Under the pieces are notes generated by a model. It ran no database searches and was not told the DNA's origin. It was given only the letters and a program-made list of their open reading frames with translations. Both the position numbers and the translations under genes were made by a program. DNA of 64,000 bases, taken from positions 95,356,001 through 95,420,000 of the forward strand of contig OX597821.1 of assembly GCA_951406725.2 (NCBI GenBank), in the 5' to 3' direction. This document shows, in pieces, positions 28,203-44,374 of this stretch. Position 1 is the first letter of the stretch. Every line of letters begins with the position of its first letter. This DNA is from Octopus vulgaris. Taxonomy: Eukaryota.

Positions 28203-28751
28203 ATATATGAGACTGGGTACACACACACACGCACAGTCACACGCATACACAGTCACACACACACACACACACAATCACACTCACACACACACACACGCAC
28301 AGTCACAGTCACATACACACACATGCACACATACAGAATCACACTCACACACACACACGCACACACAATCACACACACACACGCACACACGCACACACAC
28401 ACACAGTCATATACACGCACACACAGAGTCACACGCACACAGTCTCACACACAGTCACACGCACACAGTCTCACACACATATACTTATATATGAGACTTT
28501 GGATGTACATACACACAAACACGTACGCGTACACATACTCACACGCACACACCCACACACGCACACACAATGAACGTTCGTGATATCAGAAGTGGTAGTG
28601 GTAGTGGTAGAAGTAGTAGTAGTAATAGTAGTAGTAGCTACTGTTGCGATTATTATAATAACAATAACAATAATAATAATAATAATAATAATAATAGATG
28701 TTGTTGTTATTGTTATTATTACTTGTATGTAAATCAACAACAAAAAGAAAA

Positions 28752-28789
<38 letters not shown>

Positions 28790-28793
<4 letters not shown>

Positions 28794-28908
28794 CAGAAGC
28801 ACCTGTGAAACTCTTGACTTAAATTTTAATCTCCGTAGACCAACGATCAAGCGAACATTTCATAAACAGGAACACATTTGGTTTTTTATCTCAAACTCTA
28901 AGGTAAGT
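28790..28908 (+). other. Candidate (probably non-coding) exon ending in a consensus splice donor AAG|GTAAGT at 28902/28903
   Basis: Perfect donor consensus in a short unique stretch between simple repeats. The start is undefined and no transcript evidence is available. Confidence 0.3.
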
Positions 28909-28979
28909 TTTACAAGATACACATTTTCTTATGACTCCCACTTCAGTTTTGTGTCCGTTGGTTTAGTGGGGGGGCAAGA

Positions 28980-29359
28980 CGTCTTCTTCTTCTTCGTCTT
29001 CTTCTTCTTCTTCTTCTTCTTCTTCTTCTTCTTCTTCTTCTTCTTCTTCTTCTTCTTCTTCTTCTTCTTCTTCTTCTTCTTCTTCTTCTTCTTCTTCTTC
29101 TTCTTCTTCTTCTTCTTCTTCGTAGACTTCCTCTTCTTCTTCTTTGTAGCCGTTGTTCTTCCCCTTCATCGTCTTGTTACTGTTGTTGTTGTTGTTGTTC
29201 TTCCTCTTCGTCGTCTTGTTGCTGTTGTTGTTGTTGTTGTTGTTGTTCTTCTTCTTCTTCTTTTTCCCTCTTCCCCTTCGTCGTCTTGTTGCCGCTGTTG
29301 TTATTGTTGTTGTTGATGTTCTTCTTCTTCCTCTTCGTCGTCTTGTTGCTGCTGTTGTT

Positions 29360-29392
<33 letters not shown>

Positions 29393-29577
29393 CTTCTTCT
29401 TCTTCTTCTTCTTCTTCTTCTTCTTCCTCTCCGTCGTCTTGTTGCTGCTGTTGTTATTGTTGTTGTTGTTGTTGTTGTTGTTCTTCTTCTTCTTCTTCTT
29501 CTTCTTCTTCTTCTTCTTCTTCTTCTTCTTCTTCTTCTTCTTCTTCTTCTTCTTCTTCTTCTTCTTCTTCTTCTTCA
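28980..29577 (+). repeat. (TTC)n/(TTG)n compound trinucleotide repeat with higher-order unit cttcctcttcgtcgtcttgttgctg
   Basis: Direct inspection. Confidence 0.95.
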
Positions 29578-31042
29578 CAAAACACGCGCGCGCAAAAGCT
29601 ATGCGTGACATCTTGGGTGAAACTGGGGTAGACGGAACTGTGTACGTGGAAGCCAGTCAGGTGAATTACACCTGCCATTCAAAGATGAGGCTTTGTCACA
29701 ACAACTATGTCGTTCCCGCTAATCCTTTCTGCGGAATACGTTAAAGATAATCCCTTTAATTCTATCAGCTGTTGAGCTGATAGAATTCGCTCAGTTGATT
29801 AAGCTTCTGAATGTACATCGTCGAAATCGACGGAGATCCATTTACTTTTCAGGACTAACTTGAAGCCGAAAATATGAATTGTGAGTGAGTGTGGCTGAGT
29901 GGTAAGAAGTTTGCTTCCCAACTAGATGGTTCTTGGTTCAGTCCCACTGTGTAAGACAACTTTTGTCCCAGACCGGCCAAAACCTTTTGGGTATATTTGG
30001 TTGATGGCAGCTGAAAGAAGTCCGCTGTCGAATCTGTGTTTATATTTTTCTATAGATATATGTGCGTAGGTGTGAGCGTGTGTGTATGTCTATGCTTGCC
30101 TCGCACTACCGCTTGACAACCGGTGTTGGTTCCTTTGCACTCCTGTAACTTAGTAACTTAGCGTATCGGCAAAAAGAAACCAATAGAGTAAGTACCGAGC
30201 TTCACATCAAAGTCGGGGGGGGGGACAACAATTATGTAATTTTGGCCCTTAATAGCTACAAGCATGAACATTTAAAAACGGGCTTTTAGAGCCGTGTGTT
30301 AGTATGTATGGGTGGAATTAGGGAGAGTATTTCTAAGATTACGACAATGTATGCTTGCAGTTGCAGGCTCGATTCTCGGTTGAGAAATGTAAATTAGTAG
30401 CAGAAAGTGGATTTTCAGTTTGTGTTTGATGATTTGAATCATCATCATCATCATCATCATCGTCATCATCATTATCGATGCCATCATCCTACTCCTTCGT
30501 CCTGATCATCATCGATTGGATTCAAAAGAACCTTTATTTTCGAGTCAGTCGCCTTCCTTGAAACAGTAACCAATCTCCCTCAAACTACGCACTAAGTTCA
30601 AGAAAGTTCTGCAGACTTCGATAAAGAAATAAACATTTTAAATCAAAGCTCTACTCTTTTCATCGGAAAAGAGAAAGGGAAAAGTCCGAAGAAAGCGAAA
30701 AAATCGCTACCGTGTAGCCAGGGCGAACCTGGGTTTAAAGCAATTACTAACATCCTCTTTGTAATAATTATTACATTGTCATTATATACACAATATACGC
30801 ACGAGCATTTACGCACGCGCACACACAAACACGACGTGCATACACGCACACACAACACCATTTGTTCACTTATTTCGTATTTGGCCCTCGTCCGTCCACT
30901 AACGGTCTCGTCTTGAATTACATTTATTCATTTTCGTATGTTTACTTCTGTATTGCTTGTTTATCCATTTATCTCGTTCTGTTTTGGTTCCATTTCTTGG
31001 CAGCTTCTTAAATATATATATATATATATTTTCGTTTGTCGA

Positions 31043-31364
31043 GGCACTCAGTCGCTTACGAAGACGAGGGTTCCAGTTGATCCGATCAACGGATAGGTGT
31101 ACTCTTAACGTAGTTCTCAGGGAGATTCAGCGTGCCACAGAGCGTGACAAGGCTGGCCCTTTGAAATACAGGTACAAGAGAAACAGGAAAAAAGAGAGAG
31201 AGAAGTTGAGGTGAAAGAATACAGCAGGGTTCGCCAACACCCCTACCGGAGTCTCGTGGACCTTTAAGCGTTTTCGCTCAATAAACACAACGCCCGGTCT
31301 GGGGATCGAAACCTCGATCCTACGGCCACGAGTCCGCTGCCCTAACCACTGGGGTATTGCGCTT
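31043..31364 (-). mobile_element. SINE family C copy
   Basis: Reverse complement of the 60181-60561 element, with an internal deletion. Confidence 0.8.
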
Positions 31365-31379
31365 CTACTATGTATATAT

Positions 31380-31486
<107 letters not shown>

Positions 31487-31990
31487 ATATATATATTCAT
31501 ATATACATATATATGATTATGTGTGCGTGTGTGAGTATGTGAGTGAGTAACCGCGTGGTTTAGTAGTCAGTGTCGCCCCCTTAATCGCGAGATTGTGGTT
31601 TCGATTCTTAGACTGAGCAAAACCCTTCACTTAAACCCTTCACTTCACGTTACTTTAGTCCATTCAGCTGGCAAAAGTATGTAATCTTATGATGGATCGG
31701 CGTACCGTTAAGGAGTGGGGCCGGATACGTCACAGAATCCAGAAACTGGACTTATGAGCCTATGGCTAACCACAAGAAAACCTCTTGTTACTTGTCATAG
31801 TTGGTTTACTTTTGCATTCAGGTGAAGCAATTCGTGCAACATTGTTCTAGATTCGTAGCAATTTCTAATTTAAAAAAAAATACAATAATTAGGAAAAAAA
31901 AAAGACAAAATTGCTCAGTGATCATTGTTATCCCATCATGTCACATAAAAAGCTTGTCCAATAGTTGCTTGAACATATTGCCATCTACAC

Positions 31991-32025
31991 CTCTGAGATT
32001 TCGAGCATAGCTCTTCGTCAGAAAA
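31991..32025 (-). ncRNA. Minimal hammerhead-like motif with damaged helix III
   Basis: TTTT-CTGACGA-A-GAGC-TAT-GCTC-GAAA-TC-TC-AGAG. Confidence 0.5.
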
Positions 32026-32948
32026 GAGAAAGGGAACATACCAGACAACAAAGGAAAAGAGAAGTAGGACAAAATCAACATGTTATTCTAGATTTTTTTT
32101 GAGTTTACACCGTCAAATTTGAAAAGCGTAATGATCAAATATATGTTATATTCTGTAAAATCATTTGAGCGTAACTCTACTAAACAAACACTGAGCGACA
32201 GTAAATTCATGGCGAGTACAGAAAATTTTGTTTAGAGTTTGAGTAAATGCAGTGCGTCTTGGGGTTCACTGCTAATCTGTTGTTGCATTGCTTTGCGTTA
32301 CTCGGAAGCCAATAATTCTGTTAAAACGGCCCTGGATACATGATATATCGCTCTGGCAGAAACGTTAGCACGCCGGGCGAAATGCGTAGCTGTATTTCGT
32401 CTGCCGTTATGTTCCGAGTTCAAATTCCGCCGAGGTCCACTTTGCCTTTCATCCTTTCGGGGTCGATAAATTAAGTACCAGTTATACACTGGGGTCGATG
32501 TAATTGACTTCATCCCTTTGTTTGTCCCCTCTGTGTTTAGCCCCTTGTGGGTTGTAAAGAAATATATATCGCTCTATCCCACGCTTGCCACTCTCCAAAA
32601 TCATTATCCAGCAAAAGGCGTAAAATATATTTAAGCAGTTGAAACAATGAGGAGCTAAGGGTATAATAAATACTCAAACATTTACTGCTTTGGTTATACA
32701 CAGATATTAACGACTATATAATTAATGGACAACTAGAGAGAAAAGCAAGTCATAAATTAGGAAAATAAAAAAACATATTCTTCATACAGGGCGTCCATAA
32801 ATTAACTTTACAATTTGAGAGATTCATTAAAAAAGAAAAAAAGAAATAACTCAACAGAGTTTATTGGAAAGCGTCAGCGAACATAAAGTTTTATTAAAAA
32901 CATTAGAACACTTCCATGTAGGTTCTAGTGGTTGCACGTAACCTGCTG

Positions 32949-33016
<68 letters not shown>

Positions 33017-33070
33017 TGGCGGTGCTCTAGCATGGCCACAGCGTTAGGCCTGAAACGTACAAAAGAATGA

Positions 33071-33124
<54 letters not shown>

Positions 33125-33142
33125 ACATATATACATACATAT

Positions 33143-33217
<75 letters not shown>

Positions 33218-33385
33218 CAAATTGAGATAGGTTTTGTAAATGCAACCCTCCATGGGATAACATATATCCAATATACCGCTAGTGAAGTACCCAACCAAGT
33301 TAACACATAAATGTTAATCATTGCGATGCAATCAATTCATTTACTGTATTATATGGGCAAAGGTAAAATGATTTACCACAAATTA

Positions 33386-33488
<103 letters not shown>

Positions 33489-33581
33489 ATGTATGTATAT
33501 GGATGAAAAGGAACACACGAGTTGATGTATATAAAAAAAACAAGTCAGGATAAAAAATGTTAAAATAATTTTATAAAGAAC

Positions 33582-33625
33582 ATTTCGGTACCGGTTTCAG
33601 TCATTAAGACTTTTTCAACTGTAAC
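33582..33625 (-). ncRNA. Degenerate hammerhead-like motif
   Basis: GTTACAG-TTGAAAA-AGTC-TTAAT-GACT-GAAAC-CG-GTA-CCGAAAT. Helices II and III are intact, while the core and helix I are diverged. Confidence 0.4.
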
Positions 33626-34232
33626 AATTAAATAATTAGATTTAGAAAAATTAAAAGAAAAGTTTTTTTTAAAAGAATATTTGTATAGTGTTCAAATGCA
33701 AGTGGCATTTTCCTTGTTTCTGCATGTCTCAGTCTCTGTCTCTCTTGTTTACTCTTGGAGGGGAGGCAGTTTTTATTTGTCGAGTGGCTATAGCGAAAGA
33801 AGTTGTATGGTGGACCCGTTTGAAAGGGCTAAAGACAGACATTTTCCTCTTTTGCCAACCACTTATCAACTTTTTCAAGTTTCACTTGAAAAGGAAGTTG
33901 AGGGTGGAGAGGGAAGTGTCACCTTGAAACAAGTTTGTTGAAAGGTGGGTGAATGTTTGAAGAATGGCCAGTGTGAAAGGACCAATTCTGAGAGTACATC
34001 TGTAAATGTAAAAAGAGAAGGGCTCTTGCCCTGTTGATCAGGCACCCGTGGCTTTTGTGGGGATTTCCACGATGACCTTAAAGCGCTTTTCCTGTTGGGA
34101 TATTTAATTTGTTTAATTTTTTACTGTTTTGTTTACACGCGGAAAGCCCATTGTAACGTCCCATTTTTGTTTTTTATGTTGTTGCATGTCCTTTAATGTT
34201 ATTGTATGTGAGTCCTTGTGGCAAATGAAAGA

Positions 34233-34291
<59 letters not shown>

Positions 34292-35183
34292 CGTCGGTCA
34301 AAAATGCTTAGCGACATATCTTTCCAATGAGTTCCAATTCCTCCGAGGTTGACCTTGACTTTCATCCTTTTGGGCTCACTAAATAGCAGTTGAATACTGA
34401 GGTAGTCGACTTTCCCACTCTCACCGAAATTGCTGGCCTTGTGCCAAAATTTGAAACCATTATTATTATTATTAGTAGTAGTAGTAGTAGTAGTATTTTA
34501 CATTTTTCGTTTGTTTCGTTCCTTTCTTTTTCTACGTAGTTAAGTACTTTTGAATTTATAATTTTCCTCCTTCAACTTTCTAATTTTTCTCAAACCTGAG
34601 AATACCCATTGCATTTTTAACCTAAATTACATCCTTTATCAGAAATTTGCTCGAGACACGTAGGTATTTCAAATATAAAGGAAACTATCATCTTAAAAAT
34701 ATCCAGAAGTTACTTCCTTTGATGATTTCTGCACGTATGATGCCAAAATTCTACCATTTTAAAGGTGGCAAATGGGCTGTCATATGCCACTCGAATAATT
34801 CACTACAATGAAACTGAAACAGGAACAGGGAATATCAACCAAATACCTGATGCACAAAAGGGATAGAGATGCAGGAAAAGCAGTAAAATGCAAACTTTGT
34901 GGAGTTATATATATATATATATTAGAATGTTTGGAGGTGATGTACAGATATTATATATTAGAAAAAATATTGTACTCAGAAATCTGGACGGTTGTACATT
35001 TACAAATCTTTATTAATATGTCACTTGTTTATATAAAATCATATATTAGCGCTTGCATCTACTCTAGTAGAATCTCCAGATTTGAATTTATTTGAGAGGA
35101 TTCGTCTCTTTTTATAGTATTATTGTGTGTGTAGGGTGAGAGAGATATAGGATAGTAAAAGAGGGTGAGGAATGGGGAGAAAG

Positions 35184-35221
<38 letters not shown>

Positions 35222-35902
35222 TGTGTGTGTGTGTATGTGTGTGTATCTGAAGGGAATGCTAATGGAAAAGAGAAGGAAAGAAAGAAGGAAGAGAGAAAGA
35301 AGTAAAAACGTGTTTACATCTATACAGCCGGCCAGTTCTTTCAATAGAAAGTGATGAGTTGATTCTTGGCCTTTAAAAATGGCAAAACCAGGTGGCTACT
35401 CTAAGGATGGGGGTCTTGATAAAAGTTATTTTTCAAAAAATTGTCTGGATTTATTATCACCGTCATCATCATTGTCCAGTGAAAGAGAGTGTGTGTGTGT
35501 ACCTGTGTATCTGAAAGGAGTGTCAATGGAAAGGAGAAGGAAAGAAAGAGGGAAGAAAGGAAGAAGAAAAAATTGTATTTACATCTATACAGCTGTTCAG
35601 TTCTTTAAATAGAAGATAAGTTGGTTAGTAAAAGTTATTTTTCAAAAAATTGTCTGTGTTTATTATCATCATCATCCTTGTCCAAAATTTGATTCCTCGT
35701 GCTGGTATGGGTTGGAAAATCCGTATTTAAGATTGTTACTATTTATGTATATGTACATATGTAGAGTACTCTGTTTGTGTTTAATACAAAATGACGGTTT
35801 ACTTTACAAAATTGGTCCTTCATCTAGTACAAATCATCTATGTATGTATGTATGTATGTATGTATGTATGTATGTATGTATGTATGTATGTATGTATGTA
35901 TG

Positions 35903-35958
<56 letters not shown>

Positions 35959-36165
35959 GATAAATATCAGAGTGAGTTATCAACAGTAGCAGAAACACAT
36001 CGTGATGTAAATATGCCATTTGAATATGGCTAACCCCTAAGGGTGGATGCTACTGTAGTTTTTAGCCCCAGGAAGACATCTCCTCCAGCTGGCTATAGAC
36101 ACACTTTCTGTGCCCTATCAGTATTTGCAAAGGGAAGCCATCCTTCCCGTCTTCAACTTATGATA

Positions 36166-36210
36166 CACACGGACCCGAGTTTCAAGGTATTGACCTATCA
36201 TCAGCGTGTG
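36166..36210 (-). ncRNA. Type I minimal hammerhead ribozyme in the Penelope pLTR
   Basis: CACACG-CTGATGA-TAGGT-CAAT-ACCTT-GAAAC-TCGG-GTC-CGTGTG. Perfect 6-bp helix I, canonical core, GUC triplet; sense to the RT. Confidence 0.9.
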
Positions 36211-36478
36211 ACAATCACAGTTGTCGATAGGAAGGAGGTTCTCTTTACAAATACATATACTTTTTCCAGTGTTCAGTGGCACTGATATTGAAAAAGTGAA
36301 ATCAAACAATGATAAATATCAGAGTGAGTTATCAACAGTAGCAGAAACACATCGTGATGTAAATATGCCTCGATGAAGCAGATATGCATACAATTTCTTG
36401 TACATTGTGAGGATATTATTAAAGAAAGCTAACAATTCTAGATAGGTTTATAGGGAAGTTGCTGTGCTTTTCATATCT

Positions 36479-38700
36479 TCAGTCATTCAGTTTGGGAGAG
36501 AACTTTGTTATGAAGTATTGTTCCATATTTTTTCTGAAGAAGGTGTCATTCCTTGGGCATTTATAGAAGAGAAAGATATTAAATGTTCCTTCTCCACATG
36601 TTTCTAAGTGTTTACACAGTGGAATCTTTCACAGTTCCCCCTGTCGGACATGTTGTCGGTGAATTCTGGCTCGTTGGCATAAAGAATTTCCAGTTTCGCC
36701 TATATAATTCTCCTTGCATGTGGGATAGGTCATGCAGTATATTACGTTCTGCATCTTGCAATTCATGTTTGCATTTACTTTGAATGTGTGACACTCTTAA
36801 ATTTTATTTGTTTGTTTCCCTCTATATATTTGTAGATGAGGTTACTGCAGATCCCACATCTACCATCTCCACATTCTTTTTCAAAGAATTCGGTTTTATT
36901 CTCTGATGAGAATTTTGCCCTTGTTAGTTGTTTATTCAGGTTTTTCTCTTGGTGTTTACTATTTTTTATGCAATATTTGTTTAATAGGTTTCCCATTTTG
37001 AGGCTTTGTAGGACTATTGGTAGGTTTGAATGTATGATTTGAAACATGTTGGTAACTCCAGGGTTGTGTGTGTTTATGAAAGGGTTGATGTTTTCTTTGT
37101 TTTTTGTTTTGGGTGTCCTGAATTGTGTGATGTCCAGTTTCATTGCTCTTGAGATTCCGTTTTTTATTAATTTGAGTGGGTATATCTGTTCTAGTAGGAA
37201 GTTTTTAAGTTCATTTAGTCTTATTTGGCGTGTTTGTAAATCGGTCACTATGCTGCATATGCGTCTTGCCATACTATACAGAATGTTTCTTTTTATGTGG
37301 GATGGGTGGCAGGAGTAAAAATTTAAGTATTGGTGTGTGTCGTTTTTTTGTAGTAGATTTCTGCTGACGATGGAGTTGTGTATCTTGATGTCTATGAGGG
37401 GAAGTTCGTTGTAGCTGGTATCTATTGTGAAGTTGATAGATGGGTGCAGTGTGTTGAGGATGTTGTGGAATGTTCGTAGATCTTCTGATCTGTTCCAAAA
37501 GATGAAACAGTCATCGAGGTAGCGTTTCCACTTTTTCTTGATGTCTTCTCTGAAGTCGTGTTCGAAGACTTTCCCTATTTCATCGTATAGTTTGTTCTTA
37601 AGGAAACCCATCACCGGGTTGGCATATGAAGGTGCGAATTTCGTCGCCATAGCCGTGCCCTTTATCTGTCGGTATGCCTTGTTGTTAAATGAGAATGTTT
37701 TCTTCAAGTATTAATTGGGTGGCTTTGGTGATAAACTCTGTTTTGAAACGTTTATCTATGAGTTCCCTGTATTTTTCTACCCATTGTGTTATCGCTTCCA
37801 GACCCAGGGTGTGTGGTATGTTCGTGTATAAGTTTGCGACATCGAAGCTTGCAAGTATGGTGTTTTCCGGAACCGTTTTTGGAATGTGTCTGAAGAAGTC
37901 TATGTCATCCCTTATGTAGCTTGGTATCAGTGGACATAAAGGTTTGAGGAGTACATCTATGAAGTGGCTTAGTTGTGTTAGCGCTTGGAGCCCTGCAACT
38001 ATTGGTCTCATTGTGAGGTTTGCGGGCCTTTGTATTTTTATATAATGGTTCCTCTGTTCTTTTATGGCTCTCTGTATTTCAGAGCTTTTATGAATTTTAG
38101 GTAATCCATAAAAATTGCTTTCTTTGGTTCTTGAGTTGCATAAATAGTCTTTCTCCTTGTGTGTAAAGGAGTCCTGGTATTCATTGACTAATGTTCCAAT
38201 TTTTTTTTATTGTTGCTTTCTCCGGTTGTGTTGATTCCTCTTTATAGTATGTCTGGTTGTTAAGCATCTCCAGTATCTTTTCTTTGTAGTAATATGTATC
38301 CATAATTACTATTGCCCCACCTTTGTCAGCTTCTTTTAAAATGATCGACTTTTCATTTTTTTAAAGTTTTTGTAAGGCTTGTTTTTCTCCTCTGTGGAGG
38401 TTCTGTTTGCATTTATGTGTGTTGAGAGGGAATTTGGAGATTGTCTCTATGTATGCATTTAGGTGTTTGTCACTTCCCTTGTAAGGGGTGAAATGGGATT
38501 TTTTCTTATGATTGAATTATCTTCTATTTCCTTATTTTCAAAGAATTCCATAAGGCGGAGGCGGCGGCTAAAGTTATCTGTATCAGTTTTTAGTTCCATG
38601 AGATTTGGAGTGGGTGTGGGTGTAAATTTGAGCCCTTTTAGCAGTAGGTTCATTTCATTTTCGCTAAGTTCTCTTTTAGATAGGTTTATTATTTTGGGGT
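36479..38700 (-). pseudogene. Penelope RT + GIY-YIG endonuclease ORF broken by frameshifts and stops
   Basis: Pieces lie in ORFs 38459-38653, 37685-38011 and 36775-37707, and the EN domain is in another frame at ~36479-36770. Confidence 0.92.
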
Positions 38701-39122
38701 CTATGTGCTTTGTGTGTTCATTCGGAATTTTTGGTGTGTTAGATCAGGAGTATGGTTGAAGTATTTCCTTAAAAAAGGGGTTGTGTTGTTGCGTCTCCAA
38801 ATTCCATTTTCAGGTTTTAGGTTTCAGAATTATTATGAAATGTATTAAAAAATTATTAGAATATTATTTTGCGAATTGTAGAAGTATAACCAACCAATTT
38901 ATTACAGATAAATTTTAACAACAAAATCTTATATGGATTCCCAAGGACCATATGGACTCCGGCTGAGAACCACTGGTTTAATCAAACAAATCAACCCCAG
39001 TATTTTCTTTTAAAACTATATTTATTCTATCAGTCTCTTTGGCCGAACCAACAACTTATGAGGACGTAAACAAACGTAAAGACACACACACACACATGTG
39101 CGCGCGCATATATGTATGTATG

Positions 39123-39174
<52 letters not shown>

Positions 39175-40390
39175 CGACGAGCTTCTTTCAGTTTGCGTCA
39201 ACCAAATTCCCTCATAAGGCTTTGGTCGGCCCGAGGCTTTAGTAGAACCCCCCCCCCCCAAGATGTCACGCAGTGGGGCTGAGCTCGAAACTATGTGTTT
39301 GGAAAGCAAAGTTCTTACCATACCATACCATACAGCCACGCTTGCATCTTTCTTAAAGAAGAATTTATTGAAATGGCTTTCGATCTTGAATCGAAGTCTT
39401 TGTTCATGTTTAAAAGAATTGTGTATTATTGGGCGAATAAATAAAATCTGTTGTAAACCATGTCATTAACTTTCCCAAATTCGTATTAGGGTGGGGATGG
39501 GGTGGGTTTAACCATGTGACTTATCTACTGAGCATAGGAGTACTTTGAACATAGAACATGTAACCTACTATTCGTGATCTCAGTGCCCACCAGATTTATT
39601 CGGTTAGCATGTAGTTTACCCTCATAAACAAGTGAAAATAAATTGTCCTAAAAACATGAAAGAAACTGGAAGTGACAGCAATGACATCTCATAACCATCC
39701 CTATTCTCTCATTGTCGCTTAAGTTTCTTCTTGGCCAGCATCCATCACCTTTCTATTGTCTGTGTATGGATGCCGTCATCATTTGAATCAATGAAATTCT
39801 TTTCTACTCTAGGCACAAGGCCCGAAATTTTGGGGGGAGGGGGAGACAGTCGTTTTTGGAAGCTCGCCGCCTTGTTTGAATCAATAAAATTGAGTGGATG
39901 GTTGACAACTTTATGGGTAGAGAAATTGCCGAGACTCGCATTGGAATCTCACATATCAGATATCAAAAGTGCCTTATGAAATTTTGGTATAGAGCTGTCG
40001 TTACTTCTGGTTTCTATCGCAATTTACTCGTATTTCAAGAATAGTTTACTTTCTCTTTCTTTACGACAGCAAATTGTATCTTCACAGTCTATCTTTCCCA
40101 CTGAAAAATTATTCAAACATCAAAACTGCGTTTCCATTTGTAGTTTACAGATTACATTCTTTTCTAATGCAAAATGTATTAAGCACTGGCACATTACTTA
40201 TATTTTGCAATTAGGCGCAGTAGCAGCTGTGTGGTAAGTAGCTTACTTACCAACCACATGGTTTCGGGTTCAGTCACACTGCGTGGCACCTTGGGCAAGT
40301 GTCTTCTACTATAGCCTTGGGCCGACCAAAGCCTTGTGAGTGGATTTGGTAGACGGATACTGAAAGAAGCCCGTTGTATGTATATGTATA

Positions 40391-40436
<46 letters not shown>

Positions 40437-40689
40437 TGTGTGTGTGTCTGTATGTGCGTGAGTTTGTGTGTTTGTTCCCCTACCATCACTTGACAACTGA
40501 TGTCCCCGTAACTTAGCGGTTCGCTAAAACATAAAGAGTGGATCAAATAAACAGTTTCCTCAAAAAAGAAAAAAAACAAAGAAAGATGTACAGAAAAATG
40601 GAGAGATTTTATTGTAAGGTTGTTCTTTGAAACACTCATTAGGCTTAATTCTGAAGAAACGTTTGATTGGACGGAATTTGTCGTTCATT

Positions 40690-40769
<80 letters not shown>

Positions 40770-41094
40770 GATCTACAGGAGGTTATTTTGGCATCCATTA
40801 AGCGCTTAGCCTTATAGACGACTCATCTGACTCCAATGGCTGTTCTGACTTTTAGAATGTGTTCGTTTTCGTATGATCCATTGACGAATTAGTAACATGC
40901 ATATATATTTACATATACACACATATGTACACACTCTTATGTTCATAGATATGCCTACACAACCTATAAATGCTTACATATACATACATACATACATACA
41001 TACATACATACATACATACATACATACATACATACATACATACATACATACACATTAACTCATGCGTGGGACTATGTATATAGATATATATATA

Positions 41095-41276
41095 TGATAG
41101 ATCGTTAGCCACTACACACATTTTTTTCTCTCCTTGTTTTCTGTGTCCCTTTCTGTAGAAGAGCGTAGGCTCGAAACGTAAAAGACTTTTTTTTATCCCT
41201 GAGCGTTATACTAATACATTTGTTTGTTTTGTACACCACCTGTCTTCGTCTTTTGTTGTTTTTTTTCGTAAACTCT

Positions 41277-41280
<4 letters not shown>
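41095..41280 (+). mobile_element. Short non-coding pLTR-like module with ultra-minimal hammerhead-like motif (41149-41184); related 3' stub at ~42290-42361
   Basis: CTTT-CTGTAGA-A-GAGC-GTAG-GCTC-GAAA-CG-TA-AAAG. Reverse complement of 4021-4210. Ends in (TA)n. Confidence 0.6.
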
Positions 41281-41330
<50 letters not shown>

Positions 41331-41335
41331 GTACA

Positions 41336-41380
<45 letters not shown>

Positions 41381-41393
41381 CTCTCTCTCTCTC

Positions 41394-41493
<100 letters not shown>

Positions 41494-42134
41494 CACACAC
41501 ACACGCGCACTGACAAAACATGGCTACGGCTACGTACCGACGCCCTTAAAGTCATATAAAAATTATCGCACAATGTGTTTCGCAAGTCATTTATGATGTG
41601 TAATGCCTGAACAATTTATCTTTGTCCAACGTAACTATTTTCTTTCTTTTCTTCTCTTTCTTTTTTCTTTTGAAACAAGCCACAATGGCGTGTTTTGAGA
41701 GATTTCTTGTTGCTGTGTTTAGTGTCACATTGGTATGATCTGCTTCGTTGAGTCGATCTATGGAAATATTCTACTTAATAGAGAAACTCGTGGGAACTGA
41801 AATATGGATATAAAAAACCGAAGTAAACATCCGCCAGCATTTGTCCTCAATGCTTGAACGAACAATTGCAACATCAGCAAAATTCATGCTTGGAGATGCG
41901 GCAACATTACTCCAATATTAACTTGGTGCAGTCGTGGCTGTGCAATTAAGAAGCTTGTTTTGTAACCACGTTGTTTCGTATTCAATTCCAGAGCACCATA
42001 CTTTGTGTTAGGCAAGTGTCTTCTACTATAGGTCTGGGGCCGACTGTCTTCTGAGCGAATTTGGGAGACAGAAACTGTGTGGAAGCCTGTCATGTATATG
42101 TATGTATATGTTTGTATGTATATATGTATGTATG

Positions 42135-42166
<32 letters not shown>

Positions 42167-42240
42167 TGTATGTATGTATGTATGTATGTATTTATGTATG
42201 TATGTATGTATGTATGTATGTATGTGTGTGTGTATGTATG

Positions 42241-42293
<53 letters not shown>

Positions 42294-42592
42294 CTAATAC
42301 AATTGTTTGTTTGTACTCCACCTGCCTTCGTCTTTTGTTTATTTTCATAAAGCTTCCCGTTATATATATATATATATAAGAAACAGAAATAGCAGTCAAG
42401 AATGCTTATTTCTATCAAAGTTGGACTCCGGTCAAGCAACCTGTTTTGCCTGTCCCTTTTTCTTATATACAATATATATACTGAACTTTACAGAAGTTCC
42501 TGCCGGTAATCGGCTATATTTACATACCGAATTCTACCAGTAAATAATTGGGGTTTTTTTAAAAGCCTTTATAGAAATTATTTACTCTTATC

Positions 42593-42633
<41 letters not shown>

Positions 42634-42814
42634 ACAATATTAGGGAGTAAATCCAAACTTACAGGGAAAATTTAGATTTAGGATTAAATCTAATTTTACA
42701 GTATAAATATAAATTAAATTAGAGATAAAACTACTATTAGGCAAATCAAACAGTGAAAAACATAAACCAAAACATAGAAATAAAATTAATTAATAAAATA
42801 GCTTTCAAAATACA

Positions 42815-44374
<1,560 letters not shown>

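Larger units (their letters stand above)
35956..38800 (-). mobile_element. Penelope-like retroelement, decayed but near full length, with 3' pseudo-LTR
   Basis: LLLKGLKFTPTP, RPIVAG, SFDVANLYTNIP, QIKGTAMATKFAPSYAN, KRYLDDCF, SCHPSH, CGDGRCGIC linker, NVIYCMTYPTCKENYIGETG (GIY-YIG) and EQYFITKFSPKLN*. Identical 62-bp direct repeats at 35956-36017 and 36308-36369. Confidence 0.95.

Noticed and set aside
28570-29744. Poly-S/N/F/L/E/K ORFs resembling low-complexity proteins
   Set aside because: Trinucleotide repeats open in several frames, with no domain.
36629-36631. In-frame TGA in the GIY-YIG domain (RQGEL*KIPLC) as possible selenocysteine
   Set aside because: The position is not a conserved Cys, CGA>TGA decay is simpler, the ORF has other lesions, and I did not identify a SECIS.
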